Counted from the stretch's first letter, positions 1-10,113 are shown. The stretch is DNA of 64,000 nt from Nitrospinaceae bacterium (GCA_965223665.1 OZ245011.1:672001-736000); one strand, 5' to 3'. Made by a program: numbers and translations. Notes: generated from the letters alone by a model not told the origin.

Positions 1-1
1 G

Positions 2-415
2 GTGGATGGTTATTGCGTGAAATCACCTAATGCTTCATTTCAGTTACCGGTTGTTATTCGTGTGCTAAAAATGGTGAAAAGAAATAAAAAAAAGCAAATG
101 TCTTTTAGTAAAAAAAATATTTTGCGTCGAGATAACTTCACTTGTCAATATTGTGAAGATAAGGATAATCCTCTAACAGTAGATCATATTATTCCAAAAT
201 CCAGAGGAGGAAAAACTTCTTGGACCAACGTAGTGGTTGCCTGCAAACCCTGTAATTTGAAAAAGGGAAATCGAAACTTAATTGAAGCTCAAATGAAATT
301 GAGAAAACCTCCAGTTCGACCCAATTTTCATTTTCAACCAATCGCCGTTCCGGAGGGACCTCCCTCTCACATTAAAAGCTGGAAAAAATATATGCCGTCT
401 TCCTGGATTAGATAA
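2..415 (+). CDS. HNH endonuclease (McrA-like), probably 5'-truncated by the window edge
   Basis: RDNFTCQYC...TVDHIIPKSRGG...WTNVVVACKPCNLKKG is the HNH/zinc motif set. Confidence 0.9.
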   Translation: MDGYCVKSPNASFQLPVVIRVLKMVKRNKKKQMSFSKKNILRRDNFTCQYCEDKDNPLTVDHIIPKSRGGKTSWTNVVVACKPCNLKKGNRNLIEAQMKLRKPPVRPNFHFQPIAVPEGPPSHIKSWKKYMPSSWIR

Positions 416-439
416 ATCTTAATTAATTTTTCTTGCGAG

Positions 440-1768
440 TTGAAATTGGAAACTCCCTCACTTACCGAAATTATTACTGAAAAAGAATTTTTGCCCTTAC
501 TTCAAGAGGTTTGTTGCGATTTTTTTAAAACCTTTAATGCTTTCGCTCTTTATTCAGACACAGAAATTCTTGCAACCCGTAAGTGTTATTCAAATTTGAT
601 AAGACAGGCTGAACTTTTAGAAAGTTTTTTGGATGAATATGGTGCACGTAGAAATATTACCTGGCTTCCCTTTACCGAGGTTGTTGCATCTATTCGAAAT
701 TTAGTAATTGCTGCCTTTTTTGTTAAACATTTGATAGACCGCTACCCCTCTTATCGCTTAAATGATACTCCAGAATTAAAAAGTAAATTTTTTGAAGACT
801 CCGGAATCACTTTGGATTTTTTAAATAAGTCTATTAAACAATTATTCGACCAATGCATCATCTTTGCGAAAGATAATGGTTTACAAGTTTTGGATTCTGC
901 AATAGATCCCGGGGAGTTTGATGAGGTAGAAATATTTAAGCAACTACCGAATAATGCTGAGCGTGAGAATATTAGTGAAGACGATGAGCGAATAATTGAG
1001 TTGTTTGAAAAATTAAGTACAGTCGCGCGCACAATGGAAGAAATTGGAATTGAATCCACTGAGGATCCAGATAAACTTAAGTCGATAGTCCCAAAAATTT
1101 TGGGTGAAAAAAAGGCAAGAGACTTAATGAGTTCAGTTCACAACGTGCAATCAGAGTTTGATACCTACATTAAAAACACTTTTATTGAACAAAAACACAA
1201 AGATTTGAAAAACTTTCGTGGATATATTTCCATGCCTCTACATTTGCTGGAAGTGACTAATTGGCTCTGCCATTTTTATGAAAGGCATGAAGATGAAATT
1301 CGTCAGGCTGAGGCAAAACGAGTAATTGCTAAATTAGTTAACAAAAGTGAATTATTAGGAAAAATAGTAAATTATTGTTATTTCTATTGTTTACACTATA
1401 TACGTGAAGCGGATACATTGAGTAAAGAAATTGTTAAAAGCTTTGTAAAAACTATCCAATGTGAAGTGCCCATCCCTAAACCTCTGGGATTTCACGCTCG
1501 ACCTTCCACTTATATATCTTTAATAGTTAGAAAATATGATGCAGACGCCTTTTTAATTGTAGATGGAGAAAAATTTTCCGCACGTTCCGTAATGAGTTTG
1601 TTGCAGGCTGGTGGGACTATTGCTGATAAGGGTTACCAGACTGTTATTTTTTCCGGAGATAAGAGGGTAGTCAAAGATATAGAAATACTAGCTCAACACA
1701 ATTATTGCGAAGATCAAAATATTCCTAATGAGCTTAACTATCTAAAAAGTATGAGAGAAACTGCTTGA
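440..1768 (+). CDS. Large protein with C-terminal HPr (PTS phosphocarrier) domain and unknown helical N-terminal region
   Basis: C-terminal LGFHARPSTYI (His15 motif) and ARSVMSLLQ (Ser46-equivalent motif); N-terminal ~335 aa not recognised. Confidence 0.75.
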   Translation: MKLETPSLTEIITEKEFLPLLQEVCCDFFKTFNAFALYSDTEILATRKCYSNLIRQAELLESFLDEYGARRNITWLPFTEVVASIRNLVIAAFFVKHLIDRYPSYRLNDTPELKSKFFEDSGITLDFLNKSIKQLFDQCIIFAKDNGLQVLDSAIDPGEFDEVEIFKQLPNNAERENISEDDERIIELFEKLSTVARTMEEIGIESTEDPDKLKSIVPKILGEKKARDLMSSVHNVQSEFDTYIKNTFIEQKHKDLKNFRGYISMPLHLLEVTNWLCHFYERHEDEIRQAEAKRVIAKLVNKSELLGKIVNYCYFYCLHYIREADTLSKEIVKSFVKTIQCEVPIPKPLGFHARPSTYISLIVRKYDADAFLIVDGEKFSARSVMSLLQAGGTIADKGYQTVIFSGDKRVVKDIEILAQHNYCEDQNIPNELNYLKSMRETA

Positions 1769-1803
1769 GAATATTTTTAAAGAAATTTAAATATTAAAAG
1801 GAT

Positions 1804-2307
1804 ATGAATGAAGAATTAGAAATTTTTGATGTAGTTGATGAAAATGACAGTGTGTTGTTTCAAGCCACTAGAAAAAAAGTCCATGATAATGGTTGGCTTC
1901 ATCGATCAGTTCATATACTAGTTTTTAATTTAGAAGGAAAGCTCTTTCTCCAAAAAAGAAGTCAAAATAAAGATGAAAATCCTGGTTATTGGGATACTTC
2001 TGCGGCGGGGCATGTGAATGCAGGGGAAAGCTATTTAGACTGTGCCAAAAGGGAATTGCAGGAAGAGTTAGGAATTGAAGAAGAATTAGAATTTTTTATT
2101 GGGATATCGGCAAGACCAGAAACATTCGGTGAGCATGTTAAGACATATTTATGTAAAACCGAAAAAAAAATAAAAATAAATCCTTTAGAAATTGATGAGG
2201 GTAAATATTGGAAATTAAGTGATATTTCACAGGCATTGAAAAATTCTCAATTTTTGTTTACCTCCACATTTCGGTTGATTTTTGAACACTACACAAAAAA
2301 TAAGTAA
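1804..2307 (+). CDS. NUDIX hydrolase (IPP isomerase/YfcD-like)
   Basis: HRSVHILVFN...GHVNAGESYLDCAKRELQEELGI Nudix box. Confidence 0.85.
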   Translation: MNEELEIFDVVDENDSVLFQATRKKVHDNGWLHRSVHILVFNLEGKLFLQKRSQNKDENPGYWDTSAAGHVNAGESYLDCAKRELQEELGIEEELEFFIGISARPETFGEHVKTYLCKTEKKIKINPLEIDEGKYWKLSDISQALKNSQFLFTSTFRLIFEHYTKNK

Positions 2308-2353
2308 TCGTTATTTCCATCCTCAGTTTTTTTCTAACGAACATTAGACCGAT

Positions 2354-4765
2354 ATGGCATTTTTAAAACATTCCATTTTTATTGTCATTTTAATTACTAC
2401 TTCAATAGATTGTGTATTAGCAAATCCTTGGGACACTTATAACACTGATACGGCATTTCCCATTAATTTTCTATTTAGAAATGAAATTCCAAACTTAGAA
2501 AATAATAATGACAATTACAATAAAATCGCCGGAATATTTGAAAAATCAAAAATTCAAACAGAATCCGATGAACAGTACCGTTTAATTCAGCTTGGAAAAG
2601 GATATATTCTTTTAAAGAAAAATAAATATGATGAGGCTTTAAAAGTTTTAAAGAATAATATCAAAGGTCAATTTATATTAGAAGATTACCGGCTTTATTA
2701 TATGGCTGAAGTTCTATATAAACAGGCAGTTTTAAAGACCAAAAAGAATCAGGATTCCCAGGCAATTTCTCTCATGGAGGAGAGATTAGAGATTTTATTT
2801 AAAATTTTTAATCAGTTTCCCGAAAGTCCATTTAATGTCGAAATTATTTCAAAAATTATTGAGCAAGAGATCCTATTGGGAGAATTAAATTTAAAAATTG
2901 AGAAATATGATAAAGCTTGGACTCTTTTTAGAATGGCAATGCTTCGCTCCTATGAGAATGATCCCAAATACCTTCAGGAAATAACCCATTATTTGTTGAA
3001 GAATTTTGAAGCTGCTGAAGATTATGAAAGTGTAATAGAAATCTATCATTTTTTATTAAATAAATATCCCACAAAAAATTTTATCCAGGAAGCCAAAGCA
3101 TATTTGGAAAAAAAAGAGAAAACTTTGGAAAAAAAGGGTGTCGAATTTAAAAAAATTCAAAACCTGATTTATTCTTATGAAAAAAAAGGAATGACTCCTG
3201 CAAAAAAAACAGTTTTATTGAGGGAGATAAAAAATAAATTTGAAAGTGAAGAAGTTCAAAAATTTTACCAATTTATAGAAAAAAATAATTTTAGCAAAGC
3301 ATTAATTATAGGTTATGAAATATTAAACAAATACCCAGGGTTACTGGAAACACAAGGTATTATTGAAGAATTAAATAAAGTAATGCGTGTTTACATAAAA
3401 TCAAGAGGGTGGAATTCTTCAATTAATAAGATACTGAATGTTTACACATTAAAGCAGTTATATGATCTCGCGTTTTATTTTTGGAATCGTTCAATGAGTA
3501 GCTATGCGGCCAAATCCTTTAAACGGATTCTCAAACGTTTTCCTCAAGAGGTTCAATATTGTCATAAATCCCTGTATTTTCTTGGTCGAATTTATGAAGA
3601 TAAAAAAGAATATACAGAAGCAATAAAATTTTATTCACAAGTAATTGATTATTACAACCATGGACCATATGCGGCAATTTCTTTTTTTAAAGTTCCTTGG
3701 GTGCAACGTCTAAATGGTGATTTGAATGCTGCAAAATTAAATTTCCAAAAAATCATAAACCTGTTTGAAAGTTCTAATGAAGTCATTAATGATTCTCTTA
3801 TTTCTTTGGAATTTGTTGCAGGTGCTCGGTATTGGTTAGCTCAAACAGAAAAAGAGTTGGGTAATAATGAGGAAGCAAATCGTCATTTAAAAAATTTAAT
3901 AGATAATCATCCTTTGTATTTTTATTCAATGCTAGCTAGGATAAATTTTTCAAAGGGACCTACGGATCTCATTAATAAAAACTTTTCATTTAAAAAGCAT
4001 TATCGAAATCCAAACTTAAGCCCAATAGATAAAATTTTTTTAAGACGAGCTGAAGAATTGATTTCGATCGGTTTCCTATCAGGAGCAAGATATGAACTAG
4101 AAAAAATCGGTTCAGGATTAAGTGATTTTGAATTTGCATTCTATCTTTCCAACCTTCAGCACCAAGCTAATGCATATCAAGAATCTATTCAGCTAACTTT
4201 GGAGATAAATAGAAAAAATGAAATTAAAAATTATCCCGTATCAATTATTGAATTGATATTTCCTGACGCTTATATAAAGGAAGTTAAAAAGGTCAGCAAA
4301 AAATATAATATCGATCCCTTTTTAATTCTTTCTTTAATTCGACAAGAAAGTGCCTTTAACAAAGATATAGTTTCAAATGCCAATGCCATAGGCCTTATGC
4401 AGCTTATTCCGAGTACTGGAAAGCGAATGGCTCGTTCAATTAAATTAAAGCAATTTTCTAAAAGAAGTCTTTTTGATCCACAAATAAATATTTCTTTGGG
4501 GCTCAAATATATTGATACTTTAATAAAAAAGTTTAAGGGAAACTCTATTGCAGCCTTGGCAGCATATAATGCGGGGCCCAATAAAGTTAAAACCTGGCTT
4601 AGAATACGCAATAATCTTAAACCACTTGAGTTTCTAGAAAGTATTCCATTTACGGAAACAAGAAATTATGTAAAAAACGTATTAAGAAATTATGTATTAT
4701 ATAAGTTTTTGTATGGGGAAAAACCCATACAAAAGATAGATAACCTCATTTTTATTGCAAATTAA
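2354..4765 (+). CDS. slt: Soluble lytic murein transglycosylase (Slt70-like) with TPR repeats
   Basis: Signal peptide, TPR-like helical repeats, C-terminal IRQES...GLMQL...AAYNAG...ETRNYV SLT motifs. Confidence 0.85.
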   Translation: MAFLKHSIFIVILITTSIDCVLANPWDTYNTDTAFPINFLFRNEIPNLENNNDNYNKIAGIFEKSKIQTESDEQYRLIQLGKGYILLKKNKYDEALKVLKNNIKGQFILEDYRLYYMAEVLYKQAVLKTKKNQDSQAISLMEERLEILFKIFNQFPESPFNVEIISKIIEQEILLGELNLKIEKYDKAWTLFRMAMLRSYENDPKYLQEITHYLLKNFEAAEDYESVIEIYHFLLNKYPTKNFIQEAKAYLEKKEKTLEKKGVEFKKIQNLIYSYEKKGMTPAKKTVLLREIKNKFESEEVQKFYQFIEKNNFSKALIIGYEILNKYPGLLETQGIIEELNKVMRVYIKSRGWNSSINKILNVYTLKQLYDLAFYFWNRSMSSYAAKSFKRILKRFPQEVQYCHKSLYFLGRIYEDKKEYTEAIKFYSQVIDYYNHGPYAAISFFKVPWVQRLNGDLNAAKLNFQKIINLFESSNEVINDSLISLEFVAGARYWLAQTEKELGNNEEANRHLKNLIDNHPLYFYSMLARINFSKGPTDLINKNFSFKKHYRNPNLSPIDKIFLRRAEELISIGFLSGARYELEKIGSGLSDFEFAFYLSNLQHQANAYQESIQLTLEINRKNEIKNYPVSIIELIFPDAYIKEVKKVSKKYNIDPFLILSLIRQESAFNKDIVSNANAIGLMQLIPSTGKRMARSIKLKQFSKRSLFDPQINISLGLKYIDTLIKKFKGNSIAALAAYNAGPNKVKTWLRIRNNLKPLEFLESIPFTETRNYVKNVLRNYVLYKFLYGEKPIQKIDNLIFIAN

Positions 4766-4792
4766 GCTAATTTCGAATTTTAAGGAATTAAG

Positions 4793-5476
4793 TTGACTCC
4801 CTTTGATATTGCAGTTTTGATAATTATTACTGTTTGCCTGATCCAATCCTTTATAAAAGGGATGGTAAGAGAAATGGTTTCTCTGTTGGCTTTAGTCTTG
4901 GCATATTTTATTGCTGTTTATTTTTCAGCTGATCTAGCAGCTGTGATGAGTGAATTTATTTCAGATAACACTGTTGGTAAAATGGTTGCGTTTGTAGTTT
5001 TGTTTATTGGTGTGGTGTTTGTAGTTTCCTTATTGGGACGTTTACTTCGATCAATGTTAACCTCATCAAATTCTATTTCAGGATGGGATCGAATCTTTGG
5101 GGGTGTATTTGGTATTGTAAAGGGCATACTAATAATTGTCATATTAATGTTTCCGCTGCAATTATTTGAAGACTTTTATAATGATATAACTCAAAAATCA
5201 AAGTTTGCCCCAACTTTTGAGAAAATGGTAAATATTGTTAGCTCTCAAGTAGGAATTCATGATGATTTCCTTAAGGAAATACCTCATAAAATGCAAGGGA
5301 TTCAAGATAGAATTAAGGATCTAAATAAAATAGAAGAAATAAAGAAAAAGGTTGAAGAAAAAACTAAAGCCTTCAAGAAAATAATTCCCAAAAAAAACCA
5401 GACTGATTTAGAACAACTATCAGAAAAAGATAAAAAAGATTTAAACGAATTAATAAATAGTGAAAAAATAAATTAA
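4793..5476 (+). CDS. cvpA: CvpA (colicin V production) family membrane protein
   Basis: FDIAVLII...KGMVRE...DRIFGGVFGIVKG, four hydrophobic segments. Confidence 0.85.
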   Translation: MTPFDIAVLIIITVCLIQSFIKGMVREMVSLLALVLAYFIAVYFSADLAAVMSEFISDNTVGKMVAFVVLFIGVVFVVSLLGRLLRSMLTSSNSISGWDRIFGGVFGIVKGILIIVILMFPLQLFEDFYNDITQKSKFAPTFEKMVNIVSSQVGIHDDFLKEIPHKMQGIQDRIKDLNKIEEIKKKVEEKTKAFKKIIPKKNQTDLEQLSEKDKKDLNELINSEKIN

Positions 5477-5485
5477 TTATTCTTC

Positions 5486-6349
5486 ATGCCTATAAAAATA
5501 AATTTAAATGGTGAAATTCAAGATCAAGCCTCTATTTCGGTTTTAGACCACGGATTTCTTTTTGGTGATAGTGTTTATGAGGTAATCTCGACTCATAAAG
5601 GAAAACCATGTTTTGTTGATGAACATTTAAATCGTTTGCAGAGATCAGCTGCATCTATTTTTTTAAACCTACCGTTCGATCAAACAAAAATTAAAGAAGA
5701 AATAAATAAAACTATTTCTGAAGCTGGAAATTCTGAATCTTATATACGTATTATTGTTACCCGCGGAGAAGGAGAAATCGATATAGATCCCAGTTCCTGT
5801 TTGCAACCTAATGTCGTTATATATGTAAAAGAAGCCTTTATATATCCAAAAGAAAATTATACGAATGGAATTAATATTTCCCTTGTTTCGGTAAAAAGAA
5901 ATCCCAAAGAAGCCCTGAATCCGGGAATAAAGACGGGAAACTATTTAAATAATGTTTTAGCCAAGATCGAAGCTAAGAAATCGGGTGCCGCAGATGCTTT
6001 AATGTTAAACCCGCAAGGATATTTAACTGAGTGTACTACTAGTAATTTCTTTTTTGTTATTGAAAATCGGCTTATGACTCCTTCATTAGAATGCGGTATT
6101 TTGGCGGGTATCACACGGGATTCCCTAATTCGCCTTTCCAGGGAAAATGGGATTTTATTAGAGGAGGGTCAATGGCCTCCTGAAATATTAGATAAAGCAG
6201 AAGAGGCATTTATTTCAGGAACTACAAAAAAGGTAATGCCCGTTGCTTTTTTGGATGGGAAACCTATTGGAAACGGAAAACCAGGACCCATCACTAAAAA
6301 AATGATTCGAATCTATGAAACTTTTCTAGACCAAATTATTTCTCTATAA
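5486..6349 (+). CDS. Class IV PLP aminotransferase (branched-chain/D-amino acid type)
   Basis: DHGFLFGDSVYE, IKTGNY (PLP lysine), ECTTSN, ILAGITR. Confidence 0.85.
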   Translation: MPIKINLNGEIQDQASISVLDHGFLFGDSVYEVISTHKGKPCFVDEHLNRLQRSAASIFLNLPFDQTKIKEEINKTISEAGNSESYIRIIVTRGEGEIDIDPSSCLQPNVVIYVKEAFIYPKENYTNGINISLVSVKRNPKEALNPGIKTGNYLNNVLAKIEAKKSGAADALMLNPQGYLTECTTSNFFFVIENRLMTPSLECGILAGITRDSLIRLSRENGILLEEGQWPPEILDKAEEAFISGTTKKVMPVAFLDGKPIGNGKPGPITKKMIRIYETFLDQIISL

Positions 6350-6354
6350 AGTTT

Positions 6355-6963
6355 ATGGCTCTCTTAGTTGGTTTAACTGGAGGAATGGGAACGGGTAAAA
6401 CAACCGTAGCAAAATTTTTAAATGAATTGGGCGCCTTTATCATTGATGCGGATCAAATTTGTCGCCAATTAATGGAACCCAATCAATTGGCATGGAAAGA
6501 AATTATTCGAGAATTTGGAACAGAAATCTTAGATAATGAAAATCAAATCATTAGAAGCAAATTAGCTGAAATTGTATTTAATGACCCAGTCAAGAAAGAG
6601 ATTTTGGAAAATATTCTGCACCCCAAGGTATTTGACGCCGAAAAACAAAGATTTTTAGAAATTCAACAAAGATATCCTCGGTCTATTGTTATTTTAGATT
6701 CTCCCTTGTTAATTGAATCTGGAAATTACCGTAAAGTAGATAAAGTAGTAGTGGTAGTTTGCAATGAAATATTGCAATTAAAACGAATTTTAGATTCCAA
6801 TCGATTTACAAAAATAGATATAGAACGAAGAATCCAAAATCAAATGAGCTCTCGAGAGAAAATTAAATTTGCTGACTATGTGATTCACAACGATACTGAT
6901 AAATTGGAATTAAAAATAAAAGTGAGAAATCTTTACGAAAATTTAAGAAACTTATTGAAGTAG
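6355..6963 (+). CDS. coaE: Dephospho-CoA kinase
   Basis: VGLTGGMGTGKTT P-loop, IDAD, ILHPKV, PLLIE. Confidence 0.95.
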   Translation: MALLVGLTGGMGTGKTTVAKFLNELGAFIIDADQICRQLMEPNQLAWKEIIREFGTEILDNENQIIRSKLAEIVFNDPVKKEILENILHPKVFDAEKQRFLEIQQRYPRSIVILDSPLLIESGNYRKVDKVVVVVCNEILQLKRILDSNRFTKIDIERRIQNQMSSREKIKFADYVIHNDTDKLELKIKVRNLYENLRNLLK

Positions 6964-6970
6964 TTATCGC

Positions 6971-7615
6971 ATGGCTGAAGAAGAAGCAACTCAAACAATT
7001 GATACCGATGAAGCTGAAGAACTTGAAAAGCTTCTTGAAACAGAAGAACCTGAAAAAGAAGCTGAAGATGTTTCGCCCAATAAAAACATATTTCAAAAAC
7101 TCAAGTCTAATAAAAAATTAGCAATAATTTTTATTGGAGTTTTTATAATGGTCGTTGGGCTTGGAATTGGCGGATATTATATGTTCTTCATTGAAGAGGA
7201 AGTTACTTTGGAAGAGGTGACGGCGGAGGTTAACTCAGATAATGAACCCGAGGAGATTAAATCTGAAACTGAGAAAGGATTGATTGAGGTTCCTAATGTT
7301 TATCATTTAAAGCCATTTTTTTTGCCTATTAAAGAAAAAGAACAAGAAACCGGTCGCTTTATGCATGTCACTGTTAATTTATTGTTGAGCAATAAGAAGT
7401 TGGATAAAGATATTGAGAAAATCCTTCCTTTAATTAGGCAAAATATTTATTCCATATTAAAGCGAAAACGACGAAATAATTTGAAAAACCAACCTTCAAA
7501 ATTAAAAGAAATTGTGAAGCGAGAAATTATTACCGCTTCAAATTCTCTATTATTAAGTGGAGCCGGTACTATCTCAGACGTGTATTTCTCCGAATTCATT
7601 ATTAGTGAATCCTAA
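6971..7615 (+). CDS. fliL: Flagellar basal body-associated FliL-like protein
   Basis: Acidic N-terminus, one TM helix, C-terminal LKPFF...PLIRQNI...VYFSEFII FliL-like pattern. Confidence 0.65.
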   Translation: MAEEEATQTIDTDEAEELEKLLETEEPEKEAEDVSPNKNIFQKLKSNKKLAIIFIGVFIMVVGLGIGGYYMFFIEEEVTLEEVTAEVNSDNEPEEIKSETEKGLIEVPNVYHLKPFFLPIKEKEQETGRFMHVTVNLLLSNKKLDKDIEKILPLIRQNIYSILKRKRRNNLKNQPSKLKEIVKREIITASNSLLLSGAGTISDVYFSEFIISES

Positions 7616-7635
7616 ATATATTTTCAATTAGTTTC

Positions 7636-7663
7636 TTGACAAATCGGGCGATAACTTTATATT
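7636..7663 (+). promoter_or_regulatory. Putative sigma70 promoter upstream of the 7698-9878 cluster
   Basis: TTGACA-N16-TATATT; an overlapping GGCGATAA resembles a sigma28 -10 element. Confidence 0.4.
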
Positions 7664-7697
7664 AAATTATAAGTGAATTTTGCTAAGAATTGCTATT

Positions 7698-8027
7698 ATG
7701 CCCGTAATTGAACCTGGAAATACCCAACAAATCTTTCAAATGAGTTCTGCTGTCGAAAAGATGCAAACTCAGCAAGTTCAACATCTTCCAAGTGAGCCTA
7801 TTCAAACCGAAATTTTTAATAAACTCAAAAAAGAAAAAGCCAAACAAGTAAAAAAACTTGAAAATTCAGAAGAAACACAAGCCACAGATCCAAAGGGTCA
7901 TAATTCTATAGAGATACCCCCCCTTAAGAAACCCTCGAAAAATTCCGAAGAAAATCTTAGTGAACAAAATGTGCCATCTGGTTTTCCCGAAAGTCCGCAA
8001 GGAGAAAACCTGAATATTGTGGCTTAA
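7698..8027 (+). CDS. Hypothetical protein (hydrophilic, possibly flagellar-associated)
   Basis: ORF directly upstream of the fliK-like gene; ATG at 7698 preferred to TTG at 7680. Confidence 0.55.
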   Translation: MPVIEPGNTQQIFQMSSAVEKMQTQQVQHLPSEPIQTEIFNKLKKEKAKQVKKLENSEETQATDPKGHNSIEIPPLKKPSKNSEENLSEQNVPSGFPESPQGENLNIVA

Positions 8028-9579
8028 AATCAATTTAAAATTATTTCAGGATATGTTTTTTCCAGAGTTTCCCGCCAATCAATTAAGGAATTTGCTTAGC
8101 CAAAAGTTGAGTTTGAAATTGGAAAAGTTAAGGCTTCAAACTCTTTCCAATATTGATTTAATTCCTCAAAAAAATAACTTAAAATCGAAAACTTCTAATC
8201 TTCAAATTAATCAGTCTATCAAGACAAATTTAAAACCCATACAAAGTCTTAATAGCGGTATATTAAAAACTGATAGCAAATTTACAAACAGAAATTCGGA
8301 GGCTGGTCCTCTTCAAGTAAGCAATTTAAAAAATAATTCGGTTAATTCAGTAAATAATCCAAATGTAACTAAAAATAAACTTATCAATGAAAATAGGGAA
8401 TATGAAATTTCAAATAGAGATTATTATTCGAGTATAACTTCAAAAAATAAAACTCGTTTAGTACAAATCACAAAATTAACCGACAAACAGATGAGGCAAT
8501 TTGATTTTCCTTTAAAAGGGAATTTGGAAGGGCAAGTTTTAGAAACATTTAATAACAAATTATTGCCTGTAACCCTAAAAGGAAAAACCGTGGTTGCGGA
8601 AAATCCCCAAAATATTCAATTTAATATTGGCAAAAATATTTCTTTAAAAATTCAAAATGTTGGTACCCATTTTAAGTTTGTAGTATCCGAAAAAAATTCC
8701 CTGGATACTTATGGAATCCAGTCTGATGAAGTGAAAAATAATAATTACTTTGATAAATTAAATAAAGAAATAAGCATTATTAAAAATCAAATTTTGAACG
8801 TCACAAGCTCAAATAAGGACATCATTGAGTCTCAATTATTCGATAGAATACAAAAGATTCTTAATTTGTTTAAACCTAAGGATCCAATTTCTTTTAAAGC
8901 GGAAGCCATTCAAAAAGCCATTGCCCAATCAGGAATTAATTACGAAGCCAAAGTCAAAGAGCTTTTATTTGAAAATTCTAAAAATAAAATATTAGAAAAC
9001 GTTAAGAATGACTTAAAAGGTCAGTTGTTAGATCTTAAAAAAAAGATCCAAGTTTTAATTTCTAAAGAAACCATTCCTGAATCCACATTAGTAAAAATAA
9101 AAGAATTTCAAACTCAGGTCCGTCAGTCTATTCAGGGGATAGAACAACAACAATTAAACCAATTTGTAAGTAAACAAGAAAATCAATCATTCCTTCTACC
9201 ATTTGTAGATAATTTGATGGGAAAAGATGAAAAAATTAAAATATATTTCCGATCCGACCAACAAGAAGGAAAATCAGAAAAACAAAACCAAAAAGAATTT
9301 TCACTGATTTTTCTTTTAGAATTAACAAATCTTGGAAATCTACGAATTGATTCAAAAATAAAGAATGAACAAATTGATATTAAAATAACAGGAGAAGGTT
9401 TGGATATTGTTGAATTTATTAATTCTCAGATTTCGGAATTCACAGACCAAATGGAAAGTATTGGTTTTAATATTTCTGTATCAACCACCGTTCAAAATCA
9501 AATTGTATTAAATTTTCCAGAGAGTCACCAAGAAATAAAAATTAATGATATTAATCGTTTGATAGATATAAGGACATGA
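8017..9579 (+). CDS. Flagellar hook-length control FliK-like protein
   Basis: SGINYEAK and DLKGQLL motifs, C-terminal FLLELTNLGNLRID T3S4-like domain; followed by an FlhB-C-like gene. Confidence 0.65.
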   Translation: MWLKINLKLFQDMFFPEFPANQLRNLLSQKLSLKLEKLRLQTLSNIDLIPQKNNLKSKTSNLQINQSIKTNLKPIQSLNSGILKTDSKFTNRNSEAGPLQVSNLKNNSVNSVNNPNVTKNKLINENREYEISNRDYYSSITSKNKTRLVQITKLTDKQMRQFDFPLKGNLEGQVLETFNNKLLPVTLKGKTVVAENPQNIQFNIGKNISLKIQNVGTHFKFVVSEKNSLDTYGIQSDEVKNNNYFDKLNKEISIIKNQILNVTSSNKDIIESQLFDRIQKILNLFKPKDPISFKAEAIQKAIAQSGINYEAKVKELLFENSKNKILENVKNDLKGQLLDLKKKIQVLISKETIPESTLVKIKEFQTQVRQSIQGIEQQQLNQFVSKQENQSFLLPFVDNLMGKDEKIKIYFRSDQQEGKSEKQNQKEFSLIFLLELTNLGNLRIDSKIKNEQIDIKITGEGLDIVEFINSQISEFTDQMESIGFNISVSTTVQNQIVLNFPESHQEIKINDINRLIDIRT

Positions 9580-9878
9580 GTTTAATGCAGAAAAAACCAA
9601 AAGCTAAAACTGCAGTTTCTCTAAAATATAACCCTGAAAAAAATACTGCACCGAAAGTGACTGCAAAAGGGCAGGGATCTATTGCAGAAAAAATCATTTC
9701 CTTCGCAAAAGAAAATAATATTCCTATTAAAGAGGATCCTGATTTGGTTCAAGTTCTATCACAAGTGAATTTGAACCAAGAAATTCCCCCAGCGGTTTAC
9801 CAAGTTGTGGCCGAATTATTGGCTTTTGTTTATAAAATGAATCAAAATTATAAGCCAGCCATTTCCAAAGGAAAATAA
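9576..9878 (+). CDS. Stand-alone FlhB cytoplasmic-domain protein (FlhX/YlqH, EscU/YscU family)
   Basis: AVSLKY...APKVTAKGQG..AEKII..AKENNIPI...EIPP..YQVVAELLAFVY. Confidence 0.9.
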   Translation: MSLMQKKPKAKTAVSLKYNPEKNTAPKVTAKGQGSIAEKIISFAKENNIPIKEDPDLVQVLSQVNLNQEIPPAVYQVVAELLAFVYKMNQNYKPAISKGK

Positions 9879-9927
9879 TTCCTTTTTTTTACTTTAATCC
9901 CTTAAAAAAACCAAAACTTGGAAAACC

Positions 9928-9956
9928 TTGACTGTATATATGGGGTTTGGTATTCT
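9928..9956 (+). promoter_or_regulatory. Putative sigma70 promoter for the LysM transglycosylase gene
   Basis: TTGACT-N17-TATTCT. Confidence 0.5.
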
Positions 9957-10113
9957 TAAAAAAAACAATTAGTTATAAACATTTATAGAATGATATAATT
10001 ATTTAAATTTGCCAGACCCTACTTTGAAACTGTCTGGTATCCTTTTCGAATTCCAGCTTTCCCAACGCTCAAAATTAATATTGGAAAGCTTTTCATGATG
10101 GAAGTAACTAGGT

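Noticed and set aside
2-415. HNH nuclease as a sign of a defence or mobile element
   Set aside because: It is the common stand-alone McrA-like type in a housekeeping run, with no methylase, integrase or repeats visible. Upstream context is outside the window.
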